A stretch of DNA of 64,000 nt from Magallana gigas (lineage: Eukaryota), in NCBI RefSeq assembly GCF_963853765.1, contig NC_088859.1:31868001-31932000 (forward strand). Reading direction: 5' to 3'. The translations under genes and the position numbers were made by a program. Positions 25,301 to 35,766 of the stretch are shown here, in pieces. How positions within the stretch are numbered: position 1 is the first letter of the stretch; every line of letters starts with the position of its first letter. Under the pieces are notes generated by a model. That model saw nothing but the letters and a program-made list of their open reading frames with translations, was not told the DNA's origin and made no database searches.

Positions 25301-28300
25301 CAGGTAATCCTGAGCAGTGCTCACTGCTTGTGCTGTATTGCGATAGCCCAGCTCGAGCAGAGCGGATCTGCTCAGATGTGGCTCAGTGCTTCCAGCTCGT
25401 CTATACAGATGCAGTTGTTCAGCTTCTGGAGGACACGATCGGAAGAGTGGAAACTTCATCTACAGGATCACCCACAATCAATGAAAACAGCCGGAAAATA
25501 TCCTTGTAAGCTTTTTATCAAATTTTTATTCCTACTTTATTAATTCAATGTTTTTTGATCAGTTAGTTAAATCAGAGGGAAAAATATTTGTTGCTAATTT
25601 TCTGTTCAATTTGTCTCCTTGCTTTAGTCATTTAATGTGTCTTATTTAAAGTTATTTAAATCATTCTTTATAAAATAAAAAAATGAAGCTTATTCTGAAT
25701 GTTTTCTTGTGACATTGATTATTTTTTGTGTTTTGAGATTTATTTTGCTTGCATCAGTATTATTGTATTAGCTGATTGTTTATGAAACAATTTGTGTGGA
25801 ACATGTATTCGGTTCACACATGTTGTCTTCTGGAATGAAAATCACATCTACTTCTGGAGTGAAAGTTGTAAAAAAGGCAACAAAGGGGGAGGGGGGTGGA
25901 ATGTCAAATAAAAGTTTAACAAAATTATTCAACTTACAAAAACAAAAATTTATTTTTATATTATGAAAAAGTGATGTGCCTTAATTGAATTGTATGAGTG
26001 CTCAAGCTTTTCCTTTATTTCTTCTTGAAGATTTTTTAACCTTTTAACAGTTCAAAGTATTGATTTCAGTTAGAATATGCACACTTTGATATCCACATAA
26101 TAAACCAATAGACTGTTTGAATGCTTAAGATTTGGCTGTTTGTTACAAACCTTTTCTTCTGTAACATTTTGTATGATATGTAGATAACTTGCATGCTTTA
26201 CAGGGAAGGACTGGACAATCATGGGTAAGATTTTGTGTTGGTTACGACTATCACTTTAATTCCTCAATCTTATTCTATCTTATTCCACATAGAAACAGTT
26301 GTAACTTCCCATAATAATTACCATTTACCGGTATATCCCCCTTTCAATATTATATCATGGACAACCAGTGGTTGGAATCATTCAGAACAATGTATTTATA
26401 CCTGTTATGAACGGACTTCATATTACAGATATTTTTATATTCTCCAAATTTTTATATAGTTCAATTCTTTCACAAGTACTGGTATCTCATTTTCTCCTGT
26501 TTGTTAGATGAGAGATAGAAACAATTTATTCTACTGGCATTTCATTGCATTGAAATACCGGTATTCATTTCAATTATATCTATGAATTTCTATCAAAATC
26601 TTCATGCCTGCCTTAAGTTATCTTTAAATTTTGGAAAAAAATTGATGAATTTATTTTTAGCATTTTGATAACATCTAATGCTTGCAACATGAAAGTTATT
26701 TTTCTCTGTTGAGATGAAACTGTTAAACTGGTCATTGGTGTGATGTATGTTTGAAAATGTCACAGAGCTTGTCTTTTCTTGGTGTTTGGTGGTTTTTTAT
26801 TATCACAATTTAGAAATATAACAAAGGTAAATGCTAACAGGTAAACACATTTAATTTCAAAATAGATTAAAACAGGGTATGGATTTTTATGGATTTTAAC
26901 AGATGTTTTGGAAAAAAAACAACAAACATTATTATGAAGTGTAACATGAACAAGAATAGCGTACCGGTTCTTATTTGTTATTTCTCAGCTGACTCTCCAT
27001 ACATACTAGCACTTATACATATATATTCAATTAATTAACACTGGCATAATTAAGATAAAGTTTGCGGAAAACAAAACTGATGTTATGTATAATATACTGG
27101 TCTTAATTTTAAAATCTTAATTTGAAAAAAATTCTGAAAAATTAGAGCAAACTGTTTTAATTATTCTTTTAGTGGATTTCCCTCAGTAATACCATGTATT
27201 CATTGTATATATCTATTTAAATTGCCAAAATGACTAGGTTTCCATATGCAACATAATCATTGCACGGACGTATTTCCCTGTTGTATAGTGGAATAGATTT
27301 AGATGATTTAGAATATGACTGTAAACGTATAATTTACACTTAAAAGTAAACCTTTTTTGGTTCCTAAAATTTCTTTACATTTTATAACCAAAGGACTAGG
27401 TACAGTTTTAGTCATATTTTGCCCTGTTTTAGAGTGATTTTTAAAACTACCACCAAAAATGGAAATGCAACATTTATTTACACAAAAATACCCATAAACT
27501 AAGAATCTATAAATAGTTACCTGCTTAGACTTTCACTAGTAGGGTAATTGTGACTTCAAAAACAGTGCATTTTCCCGTAATTTTCATAAAACTCAGCAGA
27601 AGACACCAATTCCTTGGAAGTTTTTTGAATAGAAAACTATGTCCGCAGCCATCGCCCACGATGAAACTCACATTATAACTTTATCATGTTAAAACACATA
27701 AAATATATTAATTTTGTTGTGGGCAACGGCTGCGGACACATTTTCCTCTTTAAAAAACTATGAGAAAATGTGCTATTTTTCACCATTTTTGACTAAGTCA
27801 TAGAAATGTGCCAAAATGTTGAGGTCAATTTTATTTTTTGAAACAAGATAAATGTGTATAATTTGGCATTTCATATACACATATGTTCAATATAGTATAT
27901 GTGTATTTTCATGAGATTTAAACAACTTTGGAATTTTAGGGCAAATATTAAAAGAAACTGTACCTTGTTCTTTGACTGCATGTATAAATTCATTAACTTC
28001 AAGGAGTTTTTTGCTTTTCTTTTCTTCAAACAACTGAATTTGTTCTTTTCTTAATTTTTGGAGAGGTTCACTTGCATGTCAGGCATGCAGTAAATGATTT
28101 CCTATTACCTATTTCCAATTTTTAAGATGGTTACAAGCATACTACATGTATCAGTTAAAGACTTCTTTAATGCGTCTCTTTGACAGCTTTTCTCAGTCAC
28201 AACCAAACCTATCAGATCGACACAACCGAGACAAAAGATCCCGTAGCCTAGCAACCAGTGACGCCAGCAACCAAAGCATTCAAGCTGAACTCTTGAGGTC

Positions 28301-31300
28301 TTACCTGGAGCAGGTAATCTTAATCAATGCATGCTTATATTTACTTGTACCATCAATTTCTGTAGAGTCTTATCTTGGGATGGTACAGGTACATGTGTAC
28401 TATAAAGGTATGATTTTTATCCGAGTTGTGTGTATTCCATCCCTAGGCATGGCAAGGGAATAGAAAATACAACAAATAAGACAACAATCTATTGCAAGTT
28501 CAAACCCAGTTTTTATGTATTTCTAAGAGATTGAATTTTTTTGAAATGATAAAGATATGTACTACCGGATGTAATATCATTGCATGAAAATCATTGTGTT
28601 GTCATGATATGGCAGTGTAATGAAAATCTATTGAATAAGTCATATATAGAAGAAACAATAAATCATAATGTATAATAAACTACATATTCATGAATTGCTG
28701 ATGTATTAAGACACATATTAAGATAAATTAACATATTGTACATTAAATTAATGGATTAAGAAACAAATACCAATAGCAATATTGAGAGACTACATATTTA
28801 GAAGAATGAAATTACCTTTATATAAATGTAAAGTATTGGTACATATGCATGTAAATGTGCATTGCGAAAGGATTGGGTCTCCTCACTATCCCTTGAATAT
28901 TTCTGTTTACTTTAGCTGCGGAGCAAGTTTACAGTGGATGAGCTGGCCAAATTCTCCACACTGCTAAAGCAGATCAACGACCCATCCCCCAGGAGCCACA
29001 AAGATCTTCTGGCAGTGTTCCAAGAGGTGTTCCAGTTGTATGGAAACGAGAGGAAGAATCTTCTAGCTGGTAACTCACTATTTAAGAAGCTCTTTCAAAC
29101 AAATTAAAAAAATTCCATGGAAAAATTTGTTGTACTTCTTTGATAAGCTAGTTAAAAACCTTTTTCTTAATGTTGTAAAGTCAAATGAAATTTTTAGGCG
29201 GGCTTTGCTGAGAGCAAAGTGTTGGCTGTAGGCAGGCATCTTGTCAATGTTACTATAGCACAACTTCATAAGTAAAAAAAAAACAACTAAAGAGCATCAA
29301 AAAGAGAGAGATAGATTGCCAGTCTTATTACACAATACGCATTATGACATATCACAAAAGCCTGGCTCTCAGTACTTCAATACTTTGATTCTTCATTAAA
29401 AGTCATAGTTTTATTTTCATGGTTGGTGGGGTTTACCGGTATGTTTTAAGTTTATGAAATAAGCTATTATTCTTAAAAATAAACAAACAATAGATCAGCA
29501 TTTCCTTATGTTTTCAAATTTTTATCTGCAGAAAGGCATGTTCTTGACAGCATTGAAATAATTGAATTTTTCTTCTTCAACCTGAGGCAAATAAATTTAA
29601 TAAATGATAAATCATGATATAATTTACTCTGTATGTCTTCCCTGTTACAGGTTTGTGTCCCTTTATCTATGAGAAACATTATGCAAATTTCTTGGATTTC
29701 CTGAAGAAGCAAGGCATTGCGATAGACAATGGAACTCTATCGAGTCGTCACAGTTTTCCTCGTAATTACACGTAAGTTCAGGCAGTGGGGGAATATTGTT
29801 ACAGGTGTAAAGGTACATGAGGCCTCAGTATTATTATAGACTTAATGTATACTAGTGTACAGCCCCTGTTTTATGTACTGCGGTATTTGTCACTACTCCA
29901 GTGTTTGAGAGAAATGGAGCAGGTCAGAAACACTTGACTTCTGAATACTTTGGAATCATTGATAATCTTGGTGGCTCAATTTTTGTGGATTTCATAGGTA
30001 CATCTTACCCACGAGTTAAATCTCTCATTGACCGAATTAAGAAACATAGTCTTTATTATTGTACACAGAAGCAAATCCACAATGTTTCATCCCATCGAAC
30101 CTATCGAAAAATAGACAATCAACGAAAATTGGCCCCCAAGATTAAATAATTACACAGTATCTAATTACTGACTTTTCGTCTTCTTCCACATAGCTAGCAG
30201 TAAAATTATATGCTACTTCATTGTCAGTACACTACATGTACATATATTTTGCAGTTTGGAAATAATGGTAATAAAAAAACAAAAATATATCTATTAAATA
30301 TCAGTTAAGCATTGTTGCAATTTGGGATGAATTAAAACTCCGAAATCGATATACATGTATCTCCAAACAAGTGGTGTGACTTATATTGGATTGATTCCTG
30401 GAGATTTGTTTACAGTCCCTCCCTCAGTGACTGCTCCACAATTATTGATGATGACCTGGATAGTGAATTGGAGTTTTTGGCCTCTGCCTCCTCTGTAATG
30501 GTAAACCCTGTACCGCCTTACACCAGAGATGTGCTTACACAGTTAGCTCCCCTGCAGATGCACTTTTTGTCACTGTTTGATGCGCAATGTTTGATACAAT
30601 GTACACTTTTCAGAGTCAGTCTACACATGCATCCTCTGAAAATCTGAGGAAAAATTTGATGAATTTGATTTGATTTTAGGCAGTGGGTCTGAAACAAAAC
30701 TCTATGGAAACTAAATTTTGGTTGATAATTCAGATAAGCTTTCTGAATGTGTACGTTGCAATCCAAAATGCAGAGGGCAGTTGGTCAATGCTTTTAGGCT
30801 CAACCAAGTGACCCTATTATACATTTATATGCTAGGTTTCGGGCTGATTATAAATCTGGATATATATAATGGTTGCATTGTTGGAATCCACAGGATGTGT
30901 GATCTTTTTTGGATTCTGACAATGAAGACGTTGGTCCAATTTGTGGTTGCATATTGAAGGTTTACTAATCATCGTGTTACAGTCATTTGTTCTTATGCCT
31001 TAACTCTTGTAAGCTTTATAGAATGCCCTGCTGTGAAAATGTAAGAAATATGAAAAAGTGGTGTAAAATGCACTTTTAATACTGCTCCATAGAAATTTGC
31101 TTTGATTATGCTGAGAGGCAGCACTGGTGATTGGTAACATGAAGTAGGAAGATAAATTCTTAAGATCTAGCAATGGAGTAAAATAATAATCTGTGGTCTG
31201 TCTGACTCTGTCAAAATATACACACTTGCACCCTAGTCATTTTGAAATACAATGAACTAAACAGAAAAGAAAATGTACTGGTAAATTATCAATTTATATG

Positions 31301-31603
31301 TAGGAAAGATATCAATTAAAAAATTTAGCAGTAGACTTAGTGACAGTGATGTTTTTCAGGATTTTAATTCTTAAATGATATTCAGTATTCTTATTCTGGG
31401 AATCATTTACTGTAGTGAATTTCAATGTGTTAGTCATTCATACCTTGATTATTGTTATTTTTTCTTGCAGACGTTCCGTGAGCGACATGAACACTAACGA
31501 CCAGAGCGATATCGATAGTGTACTGGAGGGGATATCTACACAACTGGCACAAATCGACAGCAATATTGGCGATGTAAACACGTACCTCAACTATCCTTCA
31601 TGA
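22321..31603 (+). CDS. CCM2: Cerebral cavernous malformations 2 protein (malcavernin) homolog: PTB domain + harmonin-homology domain
   Basis: Exons 22321-22374, 22901-22993, 24074-24157, 24554-24655, 24902-24989, 25304-25505, 26204-26224 (microexon), 28187-28313, 28916-29069, 29651-29771, 31471-31603; all phase-compatible. PTB: ILSLSRYNIKL...LIIRVPIHEIAAVCYVNDDGIHILAVK...CSLLVLYCDS...CFQLVYTD. HHD: ELLRSYLEQLRSKFTVDELAKFSTLLKQ...LYGNERKNLLAGLCPFIYEKH. First exon less certain. Confidence 0.9.
23264..23771. mobile_element. TTAA-flanked Kolobok-like MITE in CCM2 intron 2
   Basis: TTAA|AGAGACTTGGACACGATT ... AATTGTGTCTAGGTCCCT|TTAA; imperfect TIRs with AG termini. Confidence 0.7.
27389..27974. 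mobile_element. MITE in CCM2 intron 7
   Basis: Imperfect TIR CAAAGGACTAGGTACAGTTT / AAACTGTACCTTGTTCTTTG; internal inverted pair GTCCGCAGCC / GGCTGCGGAC. Confidence 0.6.
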
Positions 31604-33422
31604 TGTTTTATAAATCTTCTCTCTTTGTCTCTTGGAAAGCAAATATTACTGTGTTGCCAGTCACAAGTATATCTATCAAGCTTGGATTGACCTAAAGTGA
31701 TGATGGCTTGCATTATCTGATAAAATCATTCTTGTCTCAATGGTAATGTGTAAATGATACCAAATCCCTAGTGTCTACAGCACATCTAAACCAAACAATA
31801 AAAAACCGAAGTAAAAGAGGAATTTTCCCAGAACCAAGTCATTGTACCTTAAGAGCCATCTGATGCAGGCATCAGACAAACTGAAAGGAACATAAACCGT
31901 TTAATTATTAAAGATTGTAGAAACATGAATTTTACATTACGTCGTCATCGCTTTTATCATTTTATGAACAAAATTACATGTAGTATGCACCAGATGGAAA
32001 TGCTGGATCGTTTCTGTATACCCCAGAATCAAAGCGAAACAGCTGCTTCTTGCAGAGAATTTACATTGATGCATCTAGCTAGTAGGCCAGGTTTGCTCAT
32101 TCCATTCCAGTCACTGCTTCCTGGTAGGTTGGTTGCCCTTTGGGGAACATATTCCCTGGATTAACACAAGATTTATGCAAGAAGCTGATAAATGGATTGA
32201 ATATTTGCCTTTTTAAAAGTGCCTTAGTGTGATTTTTTGTTGTGTTTGTTTTGTTACATTTTTATACGTGATGACAATATATACATGAACATGCAAGGTT
32301 GTTATTTATTCTGTCTAGTACAGTTTGTAGATTATTTTGCAAATATATTAGCGTTAGCATGCAAGTTATTCTTAGCAAGTTTTGTACATACATTCATCAA
32401 AAAAATATCTGTGATTTATATGCAATGTTTGTAAAATATGTGATTACTTGTCTCTACATCTTCTGGCATTTTTGTACTGAGTAATATTGGTGTATAGAGA
32501 TTCTTACTTAATATTGACCATCTTGTTCAAATACTGGTGTCTGCATGTTAATTGTAGGATCATCAACGGAGGCCAATTTTTGTAAATTGCCAGTTTATTA
32601 AAACTTCGTTGGGACATAATTTTGTGGATAAACTTTTATGAATAATTTATAAAGAAAAGTTCCATTATTTTCTGTCAATGTTAAATTCATGGGTGAAGGT
32701 TATCCAAGAAATCTATGGAAATGGAGCCAACGTGAACGTTAATAATTTTACAGCAATCTGAAACATTGATACAAGCATTTTCTATTCAAATGTATACTTT
32801 GCTTCCAAATGACCCATTCTCCAGTGAATACTATAAATTGCCACCAATAAAATACAACTGCTTCAAATGATTTATTACAATGTGCACTTTTATGTACATG
32901 TATTTATAAAATAAATTCAAAGAAAAACAAAACAAAAAATGTGTTTCTATGTTAACATTTATTTATATAAAAAACATGGACATTAAAACTGAGTGAACAG
33001 TGTATTTAAATCTAATTGAAACCAACCCCCCCCCCCCCCCCAAATTATCAAGTTCTAATAAGAAAAGTAGAGAAAATTCTGTTTAATTTTAATTTAAAAG
33101 AGTTAAATAATAGTGTCTTTGCTACATATGGGTAAACTTAACTTTCACTTTACAAAGATCTGTATTAATATCGAAGAACATGTTTTATGGAAGTTCAGGT
33201 ACATGTCAACTGTGCCTTTCCTCAGAATTGGTCCAAATCATTCCTTGCTTGCCCATTTTGACATAGGGCATCCTCCCTGGCTGGCAGTTATAACTCCAGG
33301 TGCTGTGCTTGAGTTTGACGCCACTTCATCCTCAGTATTATGGACATGGGAATCTTTGGCACGAGAGCCGATGTCATAATTCATTGAGTATTGTGGCTTG
33401 AACTGTCACCATTGTGTTCAAT

Positions 33423-34636
33423 TCAAGATTTATCAGTTATAGCATCGAATAGTCTTCGCACTAATTGGCAAACATCATTTGCAAGTTCCTATTTTTTTTA
33501 TATAAAAAAAAGAAAGAATTATTTTATTTTTTGTATGAATTTCTTGTACAACTACTGCCTTTTTAAAGTATAATAACAAATTTTAAAAAGATTTTTATTC
33601 CATAAACGCACATGCCCTGGCAGTTGGATATACAGTATATAGTCTAGGAGTTACAATGATGTTAGGTTATATTTAACAAACCTCTGTATTGCACTGGAAG
33701 ACATAGCACTGAAACACCTCCTTGTTGACCTGCAGTTGACCTATTTTCAGAGCAATGTTTGGTCCCCCAAACCCATCCTCGTACTGCACTACCTCAGCTA
33801 TGGTGTGGAGAGGGTGTCGCTGCAGTATCTCCTACAAAACAAAATGACTTCTGTGTATTTCAGAGTTCAGAGTCGGGTTCCAGGGATAATAATGATAGTG
33901 ACAAGTTTGTGTGTGCAGATCCCAGTTCAGTTGTGTGAGGATTAGGATCTGATGCTTAGTATACAAATATGAAACCATTGACCAGAGTGTTTTACTGTTG
34001 CTAAATTTCAAATTCAGCTTCACTGTATGTAATTTTCCATTTTGAAATTGAACTCTGTTGCAGTGTTAAATTTTACATTCTGATTTACCTTGGTTCTTTT
34101 ATTTTGGACTTGTATTCCATGCCGCGAAACAGTGAAGAAGACTTGGTCTTTCTCCCCAACAGTAATGGGAATGTCTCCAGCAATCTAAGTCACAAAATAC
34201 AATTATTCAAATATGCTTACTTTGTAATACAGTAATACACTGTAATTTGTTTAAAATATTGGTTAAAATTAACTTTTTGAGAATTGCAAAAACGGTACAT
34301 TGGTATAACAAACAAAAAATACTAAAAATGTATTGTATTAAAAATTAATGTTGAACATAGACTACAAAAGTTAAAATCATGCATGCCTTTTGTAAGTTGT
34401 AACCATGCAATGTATCTTTACAAATATTACCCTATTACTAAGTGACAAACTAAATTTGATATATGATTTAGTCAGATTTGAATATATACCTGAGCTTCCT
34501 CTATTCGATCTATCAGCTGGGCCTCTGTATCTCTCTTCTGTGAATTACCCATTGCTATCTTTTCAATGTTACCCAAATAGAAAACATCAAATGTCTTCTT
34601 ATGCATTAAAATATTCTCCTTTTCTTTAAGTTTCAT
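33423..34636 (-). CDS. ITGB1BP1: Integrin beta-1-binding protein 1 (ICAP-1) homolog, PTB domain, at least 152 aa
   Basis: Exons (minus) 34636-34490, 34184-34089, 33831-33682, 33488-33423, all phase 0. Translation MKLKEKENILMHKKTFDVFYLGNIEKIAMGNSQKRDTEAQLIDRIEEAQ|IAGDIPITVGEKDQVFFTVSRHGIQVQNKRTK|EILQRHPLHTIAEVVQYEDGFGGPNIALKIG...YVFQCNTE|ELANDVCQLVRRLFDAITDKS* parallels recalled human ICAP-1 segments (FRIKYVGAIEKL, LINYIDVAQ, VSKYGIKV, DVLHRHALY, YDDGLG, VYQCNS, QAICKVLSTAFD). Not in the ORF track because the exons are short. N-terminus may extend further. Confidence 0.82.
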
Positions 34637-35593
34637 TGTGTTTTCATTAATCCCAGTCTAAAATCGAAATAGATAATAAATACATGTATTAAAATGTCAC
34701 CTAAATTGCCTCCTTTCAAAGGAAAGAGAAATGAGTGTTCAAATGATTAGAATTAAATAAAGTACAGTAAACCATGGTTACAGCAAACATAATGAATATA
34801 CTTTTACAGCAAAGTCAGCTTTGTTTCCGATACAAGATTTTTGCGAAGTGTAGATTGATTGATTAGAGAAATCTTCATGATTTCCAAGGATAAAAGCTAT
34901 TATAAGGGAGTGGTCTGAATTTCTAGCTTACATTGACATATCAACATGATCAATTTATTAGATTTGAAGTTTTATCATTAACAAGGAAAAATAAAAAAAA
35001 ACATAGTGAGTAAATTTACATAACTTAGCCCTATTGTTGACAAAACTTCAGACTTAGATCAATGCCTGAATTGTATTCCAGATGTCAAGTTCAACCGTGT
35101 TTAACTGGGAAGTTTGCGGGTAGATAAAAAAAATTCCCGTGTGCTTATCAAGAATTATTTAAGTTAACACTGTTACGAGATAGGGCATTTTAATAATTAA
35201 ACAGGTGATTAATAATTAACAAAGATACTGTTGACAGCTTTTATAGTATGTCTTCATGTCAAATAGGCATCACAGGTGGTGATCATCAGTGACTTGCTAT
35301 ATCAGGCTTTTGACCATACTAGAAACCAATAATCAATTAAAAATAATTTATACTTACATTTAATTTTAAATTCTTTCTTGGAAACATATCAACGCAAACT
35401 TTCTCTTTAGCATGTTAGTAAAACCTGCCACACTAAACTGATGAATTCCGGACTACTATTTCATAAAAAAAAATCTTTCAACTATTTACACGCCTTTTTA
35501 GTGAATGTAATAGTTTGCAAAAATAAAGGGTATTTTTCCTTATTCAAAAACATAAAAGTATAAACAAGAAAACACAAAGTAAAATAAAAATAC

Positions 35594-35766
35594 TTCCGTT
35601 TTATCTTCATTATTTTGAATCGGGTTCGGTGTTCTCTTTGCGCCATTTATGCTCGCTGAAACAAACAAGTTTTTTACAGGAACCAAAACCACAATTATTT
35701 ATTAGAATTAGACATACTACAAGATACAAACATATTCAATAAAGTACATTGACATTAAAGAACACA
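35594..35766. promoter_or_regulatory. Probable compact bidirectional promoter between ITGB1BP1 (-) and TCEA (+)
   Basis: Head-to-head arrangement. YY1-like ATGGCG (minus, 35646) and ETS-like CGGAAGT (minus, ~35592-35598) lie about 120 bp from the TFIIS ATG. TSSs not directly observable. Confidence 0.5.

Noticed and set aside
29901-30149. 82-aa ORF in CCM2 intron 10 as another exon
   Set aside because: No convincing phase-compatible splice sites and no resemblance to CCM2, unlike 30416-30647.
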